Assembly (NCBI GenBank): GCA_965208745.1
Contig: CBDBPN010000004.1
Span: forward strand, 2,815,937-2,879,936
From: Pseudomonadales bacterium
GTDB taxonomy: Bacteria > Pseudomonadota > Gammaproteobacteria > Pseudomonadales > Azotimanducaceae
Direction: 5' to 3'
DNA length: 64,000 nt
Under the pieces are notes generated by a model. It saw only the letters and a list, made by a program, of their open reading frames with translations. It was not told the DNA's origin and ran no database searches. How positions within the stretch are numbered: position 1 is the stretch's first letter; each line of letters starts with the position of its first letter. The position numbers and the translations under genes are program-made. This document shows, in pieces, positions 51,838-62,678 of this stretch.

Positions 51838-53619
51838 ATGCAAAAGGTCGCGATGGTCGTCGCGCTGGTGTGCGCGGCGGCGGGCTCGGGCGCCGAGCGG
51901 CAGGTGTACTTTGGCGACCTGCACATCCACACGCGGTACTCGTTCGATGCGTTCCTGTTCGGAACGCGTACGGACCCTGACGACGCCTACGCGTTCGCCC
52001 GCGGCGCACCGTTGCGGCACCCGTCCGGTTTCGAGATGCAGCTCTCGCGTCCACTCGACTTCTACGCCGTGACGGATCACGGGTTCTACCTCGGGATGTG
52101 GTCGGCGATGACGGACCCGGCGCATCCGCTCCACGGCGACCCCGATGCGCGCACGTACCTGGACGCGAAGACCACCCCCGAACGATCCCGGGCATTTCGC
52201 ACCGCCGGCCAGTTCCTGACGGAGAACTTCAGCGAAGCGGACGTGAGGAGCGCCTGGGCCGAAATCGTCGCTTCGGCCAACCGCAATTACACCCCGGGCG
52301 AACTCACGACCTTCATCGCCTACGAATACACGTCGTCGTACCCTACCGACCGCGGCAACCTGCACCGGAACGTCGTGTTCCGCGGCGACGCGGCCCCGAT
52401 CATGCCGTACTCCCGGCTCGACTCGCTGAACCCGGAAGACCTCTGGGCGTGGATGGACCTGCAGCGGCAACGCGGCATGGACGCCATATCGATTCCCCAC
52501 AACTCCAACGGCTCGAACGGCCACATGTTCGAGCTCACGCAGACCGACGGCACTCCGATCGACGCCGCGTACGCGGCGCGGCGCATGCGCAACGAGCCGT
52601 TGATCGAGAACACCCAGATCAAGGGCACTTCGGACACGCACCCGTTCCTTTCGCCGAACGACGAGTGGGCGGACTTCGAGATCATGCCCCACCGGGTCGC
52701 CACGCTCCTGCGGAGCCGTCCGCAGGGCAGCTATGCCAGGGAGGCATGGCGGAACGGCCTGGTGATGCAGGAGCGCGACGGCGTGAACCCGTATCGCTTC
52801 GGGGTGATCGGGTCGAGCGACACCCACAACAGCGGCGAGGTCTTCGACGAGGACCGCTTCGTGAGCAAGGTGGGCACTATCGACAGCGACCCGGTCGGCC
52901 GGGGCTCCGTGCCGGTGAACCCGGGGGAGGAAATCCCCGGCTACCGCGAGGGGTCCAACATCTACTTCGGCGCATCGGGCCTCGCGGCGGCTTGGGCCGA
53001 CGAGAACAGCCGCGGCGCCGTCTTCGACGCGTTCCGCCGCAGGGAGACCTACTCGACCACGGGGACCTGGATCCGCCTGCGTTTCTTCGGCGGCTACGGC
53101 CTCTCGGAGGACATGCTGGACGCGGGCAGGATTGCCCAGGCGTACGAAACGGGCGTCCCCATGGGCGGGGACCTCGTGCGCCAGGAGTCCGCCGCGCCGG
53201 GGTTCCTCGTCTGGGCGGCCCAGGACCCGCAGGCGGCGAAACTGCAGAGACTGCAGATCGTGAAGGGATGGGTCGCGAACGATCGTTCGCACGAGCAGGT
53301 GTTTGACGTCGCCTGCTCGGACGGCCTCGCCGTCGACCCGGCCACCCACCGCTGTCCGGACAATGGCGCCGTCGTGGACATCTCGGACTGCAGCATCACC
53401 GAAGGAGTGGGGGCGAGCGAGCTCTCGACCCTGTGGCACGATCCCTACTTCGATCCCGACCAGCGCGCCTTCTACTATGTGCGCGCGCTCGAGAACCCGA
53501 CTTGCCGCTGGTCCACGTGGGACGCGGTCCGCGCCGGCACGACGCCGCGGGGGAGCATCGCGGCGACCATCCAGGAACGCGCGTTCTCCTCGCCGATCTG
53601 GTACGACCCGGCCGGGTAA
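51838..53619 (+). CDS. DUF3604-family (PHP-like metal-dependent) protein with signal peptide
   Basis: MQKVAMVVALVCAAAGSGA signal, followed by VYFGDLHIHTRYSFDAF, characteristic of DUF3604. Confidence 0.75.
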   Translation: MQKVAMVVALVCAAAGSGAERQVYFGDLHIHTRYSFDAFLFGTRTDPDDAYAFARGAPLRHPSGFEMQLSRPLDFYAVTDHGFYLGMWSAMTDPAHPLHGDPDARTYLDAKTTPERSRAFRTAGQFLTENFSEADVRSAWAEIVASANRNYTPGELTTFIAYEYTSSYPTDRGNLHRNVVFRGDAAPIMPYSRLDSLNPEDLWAWMDLQRQRGMDAISIPHNSNGSNGHMFELTQTDGTPIDAAYAARRMRNEPLIENTQIKGTSDTHPFLSPNDEWADFEIMPHRVATLLRSRPQGSYAREAWRNGLVMQERDGVNPYRFGVIGSSDTHNSGEVFDEDRFVSKVGTIDSDPVGRGSVPVNPGEEIPGYREGSNIYFGASGLAAAWADENSRGAVFDAFRRRETYSTTGTWIRLRFFGGYGLSEDMLDAGRIAQAYETGVPMGGDLVRQESAAPGFLVWAAQDPQAAKLQRLQIVKGWVANDRSHEQVFDVACSDGLAVDPATHRCPDNGAVVDISDCSITEGVGASELSTLWHDPYFDPDQRAFYYVRALENPTCRWSTWDAVRAGTTPRGSIAATIQERAFSSPIWYDPAG

Positions 53620-53652
53620 CGCCGGCCGCGAGTCGGTAGTCGACGCCTCCGC

Positions 53653-54735
53653 TCAGGCGGGAGGACCCAACAAGCTCACGCCGAGGCCGGGCGTGTCCGG
53701 GATCGCCATGCGGCCGGCTTCGAAGCGCTCGGGAGGCTCGACCACGTCCGGCCGCCAGGGAACCTCTCCCCACTGCAGTTCAAGGCTCTCGATCCCCGGC
53801 GCGACGGCGCAGAGCTGCAGCGCCGCGGCTGTCGATACGGGCCCGCAAGCGTTGTGCGGCGAGACGGCGATATCCGCGTCGGCGGCAGCGTCGGCGATGG
53901 CCAGTCCCTCGGCAAGCCCGCCACAGTGCATCGTGTCGGGCATGATGACGTCGACCGCACGTTCGTCGACGAGCGGCGCGAATCCCTCCACGCCGAACCC
54001 GCGTTCGCCGCCGGCGAGCCGCTGGGCGACGGCGTCGCGGATACGGCGGGTCGCCGCGACCCCTGTCGCGGGTACGGGTTCCTCGTACCAGTCGAGATCG
54101 ACGGGTTCCAGGCGGTTGGCGATCTCGATGGCTTCCGCCTCCGTGAAGTGGCTGTGGCAGTCCACCTTCAGGGCGATGCCCGGTCCGACGGCGGCACGGA
54201 TCGATTCGAGGCAGCGGATGCCGAGATCGATCGCCTCGCGTATGGCTGCCGGGTCCGCGCGCGGCGGAAAACCGTCGAACGGTGCGGCCTTGAGGGCGCG
54301 GAAGCCCGCCTCGACCGCCTTCTCCGCGCTCGCGGCGAAGCCGTCGGGCGTGCGTTCGGTCGTCATCCGGTTGATGTTCCCGTAGAGGAGAACACCGTCT
54401 CGAGCCTGGCTGCCGAGGAGCGCATGCGCGGGCACGCCCTCGGCCTTGCCCGCAAGGTCCCAGAGCGCATGCTCGATGGCGCTGAAGGCGGTCGCGGCGC
54501 GCAACCCGTCACGCGCCGCCATCGATCTGCCGCGGCGGCGGTAGGTTTCCACGTCCGGGATCGGCCGATCCCTGACCAGTGCGAAGAACCGTTCGAGTTC
54601 GGGCAGCTCCCGGCGGTTGCCCAGGGACGCCTCCGCGACGCCGGTCAGCCCGAGGTTGGTATGCAGCAGGATGTGGAGCCAGGTGGTGCGCGCGCTGACC
54701 TGCACCGGGACGATCTCGAACCTGTCGATGTGCAT
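53653..54735 (-). CDS. Enolase-superfamily (mandelate racemase/muconate lactonising enzyme-like) protein
   Basis: ATG at 54733-54735 (MHIDRFEIVPVQ...). Metal-ligand blocks KVDCH, YEEP and MPDTMHCGG. Confidence 0.8.
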   Translation of the reverse strand: MHIDRFEIVPVQVSARTTWLHILLHTNLGLTGVAEASLGNRRELPELERFFALVRDRPIPDVETYRRRGRSMAARDGLRAATAFSAIEHALWDLAGKAEGVPAHALLGSQARDGVLLYGNINRMTTERTPDGFAASAEKAVEAGFRALKAAPFDGFPPRADPAAIREAIDLGIRCLESIRAAVGPGIALKVDCHSHFTEAEAIEIANRLEPVDLDWYEEPVPATGVAATRRIRDAVAQRLAGGERGFGVEGFAPLVDERAVDVIMPDTMHCGGLAEGLAIADAAADADIAVSPHNACGPVSTAAALQLCAVAPGIESLELQWGEVPWRPDVVEPPERFEAGRMAIPDTPGLGVSLLGPPA

Positions 54736-54850
54736 GGGGCGCTCGCGCTGGGGGGCGAGGCAGCATAGCAGGCGTCGGCCCGGGACCTTGGCATCGGTCC
54801 GCGAGAGGCGGTGGCTATAATCGTCCCGTGGACCGGAGCGACAAAGGCGC

Positions 54851-55495
54851 GTGAACAAGGCCGGGCGCCAGGAGATCTACGAGCGGCTTCGGGAGGCGAA
54901 CCCGGCGCCCACCACCGAGCTGGTGCATCGGAGTCCGTTCGAACTCCTCGTCTCCGTGATCCTGTCCGCACAGGCCACCGATGTCAGCGTCAACCTCGCC
55001 ACCCGAACGCTCTTCGCCGAGGCCAGCACGCCGGAAGCGATGCTGGTCCTCGGCCTCGACCGACTGAAGGAACACATCAAGTCCATCGGGCTCTTCAACA
55101 CCAAGGCGGAGAACATTCTCAAGACCTGCGCCATGCTGGTCGAGTCGCACGGCAGCGAAGTGCCCCGTGACCGAGCGGCGCTCGAGGCCCTCCCCGGCGT
55201 CGGCCGCAAGACCGCCAACGTCGTCCTGAACACCGCCTTCGGCGAGCCGACCATCGCCGTCGACACGCACATCTTCCGGGTGGCCAACCGCACGCGGCTC
55301 GCGCCGGGCAAGACGCCGCGCCAGGTGGAGGACAAGCTGCTCCGTTTCACCCCCGAGGAGTTCTTGGGCGACGCCCACCACTGGCTGATCCTGCACGGCC
55401 GCTACGTATGCATCGCCCGCAAGCCACGCTGCGGCTCGTGCGTCATCGAGGACCTTTGCGAGTACAAGGCGAAGACGGACCCGGAGCCCGGGTGA
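54851..55495 (+). CDS. nth: Endonuclease III
   Basis: GTG start. ELLVSVILSAQATD, HhH LPGVGRKTANVVL, and Fe-S cluster C..C..C..C at the C-terminus. Confidence 0.95.
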   Translation: MNKAGRQEIYERLREANPAPTTELVHRSPFELLVSVILSAQATDVSVNLATRTLFAEASTPEAMLVLGLDRLKEHIKSIGLFNTKAENILKTCAMLVESHGSEVPRDRAALEALPGVGRKTANVVLNTAFGEPTIAVDTHIFRVANRTRLAPGKTPRQVEDKLLRFTPEEFLGDAHHWLILHGRYVCIARKPRCGSCVIEDLCEYKAKTDPEPG

Positions 55496-55560
55496 AGCGG
55501 AGTTGACCCTCGCGCGGCGCCCGTCTACCGTGCGCCGCCCACTCCCGTACGGTTCGTGCC

Positions 55561-56217
55561 ATGTCCCGCATCCACCTGAGCCCGCACGAGGCGCGCGTCA
55601 TCGGCTGCCTCATGGAGAAGGCCGTGCTGACGCCGGACCAGTGTCCGCTGACGCTGAACGCGCTCACGACGGCCTGCAACCAGAAGTCGAGCCGGGAGCC
55701 GGTGTTGACGCTGGACCGCACCACGGTCGAACGGGTGGCGCGCGACCTGGACGAAAAGTCGCTGGTCACCCGCGACGAGAACTTCAGGAGCGGCGTCGTG
55801 AAGTACCGGCAGCGCATGTGCAACACGATGTTCAGCGACCTGAGCCTGGCGGAAGACGAATACGCCGTGGTCTGCCTGCTGCTCCTGCGCGGTCCCCAGA
55901 CGCCGGGCGAACCGCGGGCGCGGAGCGGACGCCTGCATGCGTTCGCGGACAACGACGCCGTCGTCGAGACGCTGGGACAGCTGATGGACGCGGAAAGGAA
56001 CGGCGGTGCGGTAGTCGCCAGGCTTGCGCGCGCTCCCGGGCGCCGGGACCATCAGTATGCGCACCTGCTGTCGGGCGCGATCGAGTCCGTGCCGCAGGAC
56101 GAGGTGCCGGCCCGGGCCGAGCCACGGGCCGGGCGGCTCGCGGAGCTTGAGCAACGCGTGGCCGCGCTGGAACTCGAAGTCGCGGAGCTCAAGGGTCGGT
56201 TGCCGACGGCCCGCTAG
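55561..56217 (+). CDS. YceH/DUF480-family protein
   Basis: LSPHEARVIGCLMEKAVLTPDQCPLTLNALTTACNQKSSREPV is the conserved DUF480 N-terminus. Confidence 0.8.
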   Translation: MSRIHLSPHEARVIGCLMEKAVLTPDQCPLTLNALTTACNQKSSREPVLTLDRTTVERVARDLDEKSLVTRDENFRSGVVKYRQRMCNTMFSDLSLAEDEYAVVCLLLLRGPQTPGEPRARSGRLHAFADNDAVVETLGQLMDAERNGGAVVARLARAPGRRDHQYAHLLSGAIESVPQDEVPARAEPRAGRLAELEQRVAALELEVAELKGRLPTAR

Positions 56218-56376
56218 GAGCGGCCCCATGGCGGGCCCTGGGCCTCGCTCACGCTCCCGTTGCCGCCTGTTCCGTGTGAAGCGCGATGTTATGATCGCGC
56301 TCGCGCGATCTCCGGGGAGAACGGTACCGTCGACGCCGGATGCGGCAGCGGCCGCGGGGACGCGCAAAGGGGGAAG

Positions 56377-57624
56377 ATGGACAGCGGACTGAACTACCGG
56401 GACGATCTGATGATCGTTTCCAACTGGTCGGATGCCTCCTTCGCGCTCGACACCGCTCACCACGTAGGACAGGAACCCCAAGTCTCCGACGTCATCTCCC
56501 TGAAGACGTTCGCGAACACGGAGTTCTGTCCCCGCTTCATCAACGATGCGAGCGATCTCCAGCGTATCGGCAGCCACCTCGAGGGCAAGCGCGTCTACCT
56601 CATCTCCACCTCCTCCCCGCAGCACACGCGGTCGGAACTGGCGATGCGCAACCTCCTGATCGCCTCCGCCGCCAAGGAGAACGGAGCGGCGCGCGTAGTG
56701 CTGGTCGAACCCGACCTGTTCTTCTCCGCTCAGGATCGGGGGCCCCACTCGACCGACCATCCCCAGATGAAGGGGCCGGAGTCGTACAAGAAGTTCGATG
56801 GGCAGCCGGCGTCAGCGCAGCTATACGCCCAGATGCTCCGCCGAGCGGGCGTCGACCAGGTGGTGGCGGTGCACAATCACAAACCCGAAGTGCTGAGCCG
56901 GATCTACAACGACGTGTTCGGCACGAACGGCGGAACCCCCCCGTTCGTTAACCTGGACATCGCCTACCTGGTTGCGCATTACATCCTGCAGGTGGCCAGG
57001 CCGCAGGGGCTCGGGGAGAACGTGGGGCTCGTCGCGCCGGACCAGGGTGCGGAAGAGTTCGTGCGCAGCGTGCGGCGGTTCACCGGCCTGCGGGAGGCGG
57101 AGGTCGTCGTACTCGAGAAGCAGCGTCACGGCCAGCGCAACGTGGAGATGACGCTGCCGGCCAACGCACACCGCCTGAAGGACCGCGAGGTGTTCATTCT
57201 CGACGACATGGTCCGCACGGGGGGCACGATCGCCACGGCCGCGAGCCTCCTGCACGAGAACGAAGAGACGCGCCCGCGGCGCATCTACTTTTACTGCACG
57301 CACACCTACATCTCCCCGGAGGCCCGGGAGAATCTGCACGCCGGTGCCCTGACGGAGTTCGCCACCACGAACACGCTGCCGAACGTGCTGAATCGGGACG
57401 ACCAGGGGCGGCTGCGCCAGAAGATTGTCGTGCTCAAGATCGAGGCGTTCCTGGCGGACGCGATCCTGCACTGCCTGGAGGGACGGGAGGACCCTGAGGA
57501 ACGGTATCACCCGCGCCGCCTGCAACAGGCCGGGAGCTACTACCAGCTCGACTTCTCGAGCCGCAACGAGTTGCGCGGCGCCAACGGCGGGCGCCGCGAC
57601 AACCAGCTTCGACTGCGCTTGTAG
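56377..57624 (+). CDS. Divergent ribose-phosphate diphosphokinase (Prs)-like protein, 415 aa with C-terminal extension
   Basis: FSAQDR (compare YARQDR in Prs) and the PRPP-binding loop VFILDDMVRTGGTI. It is ~100 aa longer than canonical Prs. Confidence 0.6.
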   Translation: MDSGLNYRDDLMIVSNWSDASFALDTAHHVGQEPQVSDVISLKTFANTEFCPRFINDASDLQRIGSHLEGKRVYLISTSSPQHTRSELAMRNLLIASAAKENGAARVVLVEPDLFFSAQDRGPHSTDHPQMKGPESYKKFDGQPASAQLYAQMLRRAGVDQVVAVHNHKPEVLSRIYNDVFGTNGGTPPFVNLDIAYLVAHYILQVARPQGLGENVGLVAPDQGAEEFVRSVRRFTGLREAEVVVLEKQRHGQRNVEMTLPANAHRLKDREVFILDDMVRTGGTIATAASLLHENEETRPRRIYFYCTHTYISPEARENLHAGALTEFATTNTLPNVLNRDDQGRLRQKIVVLKIEAFLADAILHCLEGREDPEERYHPRRLQQAGSYYQLDFSSRNELRGANGGRRDNQLRLRL

Positions 57625-57718
57625 GGGCCGCCCTCGTGGCGGCCCGAGCCAGAGTCGTGCAAGCTCCCAGCACGGGCGGGGACGAGCCCGTCGAGACGGG
57701 AGGGGACAAGCCCCTCCC

Positions 57719-58930
<1,212 letters not shown>

Positions 58931-59099
58931 TCCGTGCCCCCGGAGAAAAAACGCGTAATGGTACAGCAGGCGTTCGCGCGCGCAGGCGGCGAGGGCGGGA
59001 CTTGGGAACGGGGGAGCGGAAGGGGTTGCCGGGCGTGTTAACTTAGTCAGTCCACAAGACCGAGACGACGCATCGGCCGGGGGGACACGAGGGGGCGCG

Positions 59100-59726
59100 A
59101 TGAGTCAGATGAAAGCCCGTTTTCGCGGCTTTGCCCCGGTCGTGGTCGATCTGGAGACGGGTGGATTCGACAGGGAAGTCCATGCCGTCCTGCAGATCGC
59201 GGCCGTGAGTCTCGCCTGGACGGAAGGCCTGCTCGGCATCGAGACGCTGCGGACCTGGAACGTGGAGCCGCATCCGGACACCCGCGTCGAAGCCGCCTCG
59301 TTGCAGTTGACGGGCATCGAACTCGGCGATGCGGAGCGCGGTGCAGTCCCCGAGGCGGAAGCGATGCGGGAGATGTTCCGCTTCGTGCGCGGGGTGGTGA
59401 AACGCAGCGGCTGTCAGCGGGCCGTGCTGACCGCGCACAACGCCCACTTCGACCATGGGTTCGTGATGGAGGCGGCCGCGCGCAACCGCATCGGACGTAA
59501 TCCCTTCCACCCGTTCACGGTGCTGGACACCGCTTCCCTGGCGGCGCTCGCGTACGGGCATACCGTGCTCAGCGAGGCGTGTACGCGCGCCGGCCTTGGT
59601 TTCGAGGACAAGCGCGCACATAGCGCGGGCTACGACGCGGAGACGACGGCGCGGCTGTTCTGCTCGATCGTCAACACCTGGGACGCGTTCGCCCCGGCGG
59701 GGCTGATCCCGGACGCCAGCCTCTAG
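59100..59726 (+). CDS. rnt: Ribonuclease T
   Basis: [17 protein letters not shown] (DEDD exonuclease motif I) and HNAHFDHGF. Its TAG shares the palindrome CTAG with the convergent grxD stop. Confidence 0.9.
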   Translation: MSQMKARFRGFAPVVVDLETGGFDREVHAVLQIAAVSLAWTEGLLGIETLRTWNVEPHPDTRVEAASLQLTGIELGDAERGAVPEAEAMREMFRFVRGVVKRSGCQRAVLTAHNAHFDHGFVMEAAARNRIGRNPFHPFTVLDTASLAALAYGHTVLSEACTRAGLGFEDKRAHSAGYDAETTARLFCSIVNTWDAFAPAGLIPDASL

Positions 59727-60058
59727 CTTTCTTCGGCCCGCGCGGCCGCTTCCTTGATGAGCGGCTCGAGTTCGCCGGACTGGTACATCTCCGTCACGAT
59801 GTCGCAGCCCCCGACCAGTTCCCCCTCGACGTAGAGCTGCGGGAAGGTCGGCCAGTTGGCGTACTGCGGGAGCGTCGCGCGGATCGCGGGATGGCTCAGG
59901 ATGTCGACGTAGGCGAACCGTTCGCCACAGGCCATGAGGCACTGCACCGTCTGCGCGGAGAAACCGCACTGCGGCGCCTGGGGCGAGCCCTTCATGTAGA
60001 GGAGGATGGGGTTGGCGTCGATCTGTTCGCGGATCGTGTCCAAGACTTCCTGGCTCAT
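59723..60058 (-). CDS. grxD: Monothiol glutaredoxin (Grx4 family)
   Basis: PILLYMKGSPQAPQCGFS active site and WPTFPQLYV. Confidence 0.95.
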   Translation of the reverse strand: MSQEVLDTIREQIDANPILLYMKGSPQAPQCGFSAQTVQCLMACGERFAYVDILSHPAIRATLPQYANWPTFPQLYVEGELVGGCDIVTEMYQSGELEPLIKEAAARAEES

Positions 60059-60249
60059 GTGCGCGCGCCCTCGAAGCGGTCGTGGCCGAAAGAGTATTGT
60101 AGAACGGTTGCTGGATGCCGGGCCAGCGGCCGCCGCGGAACCTGCGCCAGGGTTTCCGGCCGGGGGGCGTACGCGGGTCGGATAGAATCCGCCGTCGGCC
60201 GAACGGGCCGTGGCGTGTTCGCCGCGGCCGCTTTGGTGATCCGCACCCC

Positions 60250-62118
60250 ATGCTGCAACTCATCGACGTCATTCTCAAACGCGGGGACCGGGCCGTTTTC
60301 GACGGCGCCAGCCTGACCGTCCACGCGGGACACACGGCCGGCGTGGTCGGGCGCAACGGCGTCGGCAAGACGACGCTCGTGGAGCTGATCTGCGGACGGC
60401 TCCTGCCCGAAGAAGGGGAAGTCCTGCGTCCGCGGGGATGGCGGCTGGCGTGGCTGGACCAGGCGGTGGAACCGAGCGCGCGTTCCGCCCTCGACTTCGC
60501 GCTGGACGGGGATCGCCCGCTGCGCAGGGTGCAGGCGGAGATCGCCGCCGCGGAGCGCGCGGGCAACGACGACGCGCTCGCCCACCTGCACGTCCAGTTG
60601 GAGGACGTCGGCGGATACGACGCGGAGGCCCGGGCGGGTGAGGTCCTGCACGGCCTCGGCTTCGGTGGCCGTGACTTCGGCAAGCCGCATCGGGATTTCT
60701 CCGGCGGTTGGCGGATCCGGCTCAACCTGGCCCGGACGCTGATGTCCCCGTCGGACCTGCTGCTGCTCGACGAACCCACGAACCACCTCGATCTCGATGC
60801 GGCGCTATGGCTCGAGACCTGGCTCGCCCGGTACGAGGGCACGGTCCTCGTCATCGCCCACGACCGGGATTTCCTCGACGCCGTGTGCGACGAGATCGTC
60901 CACGTCGCGGACGGCAGGACCGCCCTGTACACGGGGGGCTACACCGCGTTCGAGCGCCAGCGTGCGGAAGCGCTGCGCGTGCAGGCCGCGCACCACGCGC
61001 GGCAGCAGGGCGAGATACGGCGTATCCAGGCATTCGTCGACCGTTTCCGGGCCAAGGCCTCCAAGGCGCGGCAGGCGCAGAGCCGGCTGAAGGCGCTGGA
61101 GCGTATGGAGCGCGTGGCGCCGGTGCGTGCGCGTTCTCCCTACCGGTTCGAGTTTCCGAATCCGAAGGAGGTCTCCAACCCGACGCTGTCCCTGGACGAG
61201 GCGCGCCTCGGATACGGGGAAGCGGCAGTGCTGTGGGACCTGACGCTGCGCATCTATCCGGGCGACCGCATCGGCGTGCTCGGCGTCAACGGCGCCGGCA
61301 AGAGCACGCTCCTGAAGACCCTCGCGGGGGAGCTCGAGCCGGTCGGCGGCGAATTGACCCGAGGCCGGCACAGTGAGGTCGGGTACTTCGCCCAGCACCA
61401 GATGGAGGCCCTCCGGCTCGACCGGACAGCCCTGCAGGCGCTGGACGCGGGACCGGGGGAGCGGCTCACGGAACAGCACGCGAGGGACTATCTCGGTGGC
61501 TGGGGTTTCGGGGGCGAGATGGTCGAACGACGGGTGTCGACGTTCTCGGGAGGCGAGAAGGCGCGGCTCGTGCTTGCGCTCATCGCCCGCGAGGCCCCCG
61601 CGCTCCTGCTGCTCGACGAGCCGACCAACCACCTGGACATCGAGATGCGGGAGGCGCTCGCCCTGGCGCTGCAGGGGTACGACGGCGCGCTGGTGCTGGT
61701 CTCCCACGACCGGCATCTGCTCCGCGAGTGCGCGGACACGCTCTGGCTCGTGGCGGACGGTGGCGTCGAGCCGTTCCCCGCGGGCCTCGACGGCTACGCG
61801 GAGATCCGCCAGGACCGGCAGGGACGCGCAACGCGACACGAGCACCGGGACCGGAGGCGCCAGGCGGCGGAGCGCCGGGAGTCCATCCGGCCGCTGACGA
61901 AGGAGCGCACGCGGTTGGAGCGGGACATCGACGCGTTCACGGAGGAACTCGCGGAACTCTCGACAGTGCTCTCGAACAGCGCCACCTTCGAACACGCCAC
62001 CAAGGAGCAGATCGGGGAGATGCTCACCCGCCAGGGCCGGGTACGAAAGCGCCTTGCCCGCACCGAGGCGCAGTGGATCGAGCTGCAGGAGCGGATCGAG
62101 GAACTGGAAGCGCGTTGA
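60250..62118 (+). CDS. ABC-F family ATPase (two ABC domains, no TM domain)
   Basis: ATG at 60250. Two Walker A sites (GRNGVGKTT, GVNGAGKST), two signatures (FSGGWRIRL, FSGGEKARL), and a coiled-coil C-terminus. Confidence 0.9.
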   Translation: MLQLIDVILKRGDRAVFDGASLTVHAGHTAGVVGRNGVGKTTLVELICGRLLPEEGEVLRPRGWRLAWLDQAVEPSARSALDFALDGDRPLRRVQAEIAAAERAGNDDALAHLHVQLEDVGGYDAEARAGEVLHGLGFGGRDFGKPHRDFSGGWRIRLNLARTLMSPSDLLLLDEPTNHLDLDAALWLETWLARYEGTVLVIAHDRDFLDAVCDEIVHVADGRTALYTGGYTAFERQRAEALRVQAAHHARQQGEIRRIQAFVDRFRAKASKARQAQSRLKALERMERVAPVRARSPYRFEFPNPKEVSNPTLSLDEARLGYGEAAVLWDLTLRIYPGDRIGVLGVNGAGKSTLLKTLAGELEPVGGELTRGRHSEVGYFAQHQMEALRLDRTALQALDAGPGERLTEQHARDYLGGWGFGGEMVERRVSTFSGGEKARLVLALIAREAPALLLLDEPTNHLDIEMREALALALQGYDGALVLVSHDRHLLRECADTLWLVADGGVEPFPAGLDGYAEIRQDRQGRATRHEHRDRRRQAAERRESIRPLTKERTRLERDIDAFTEELAELSTVLSNSATFEHATKEQIGEMLTRQGRVRKRLARTEAQWIELQERIEELEAR

Positions 62119-62174
62119 CAACCCGGAACGATCGTTCACAGTAGCCCAGGAGACGCGGCAAGGAGGACCCACAG

Positions 62175-62678
62175 ATGATCGAGTTCACCCTGAACGGGCA
62201 GACCGTCCGCACGGAGGACGAGCCGGACACGCCGCTCCTGTGGGTGGTGCGGGACACGTTCAAGCTCAAGGGGACGAAGTTCGGCTGCGGCGCGGCCCTC
62301 TGCGGGGCCTGCACGGTGCATCTCGACGGGGCAGCCGTCCGCTCGTGCACGCTGCCGGTCAGCGCCGCCGCGGGGAAGCGGGTGACAACGATCGAGGGTC
62401 TCGGCACGCCGGACGAGCCGCATCCCCTGCAGGAGAGATGGGTCACCCTCAGCGTTCCCCAATGCGGTTACTGCCAGCCGGGACAGATCATGTCGGCGGC
62501 GGCGCTGCTGTCCGCCAATCCGCGGCCCACGGAGGTCGAAGTCGAGTCCGCCATGGCAGGCAACATCTGCCGGTGCGGGTGCTATCCCCGGATCAAGAAC
62601 GCGATCCTCGCGGTGGCGGAAGAACCGGCCGGGCAGGTCCTGGCCGGGCAGGTCCTGGCGGAGGAGGTACGGACATGA
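62175..62678 (+). CDS. (2Fe-2S)-binding small subunit of an IorAB/aldehyde-oxidase-type molybdoenzyme
   Basis: GCGAALCGACTV and QCGYCQPGQIM ... CRCGCY cluster motifs. Confidence 0.9.
   Translation: MIEFTLNGQTVRTEDEPDTPLLWVVRDTFKLKGTKFGCGAALCGACTVHLDGAAVRSCTLPVSAAAGKRVTTIEGLGTPDEPHPLQERWVTLSVPQCGYCQPGQIMSAAALLSANPRPTEVEVESAMAGNICRCGCYPRIKNAILAVAEEPAGQVLAGQVLAEEVRT

Noticed and set aside
57625-57718. GC-rich hairpins between the convergent Prs-like gene and argG (GGGCCGCC...GGCGGCCC at 57625-57645; GGGAGGGG...CCCCTCCC near 57690-57711) as bidirectional terminators.
   Set aside because: The stems are plausible, but neither has a flanking T/A run, so I did not list them as features. They may still act as Rho-dependent or structural stops.
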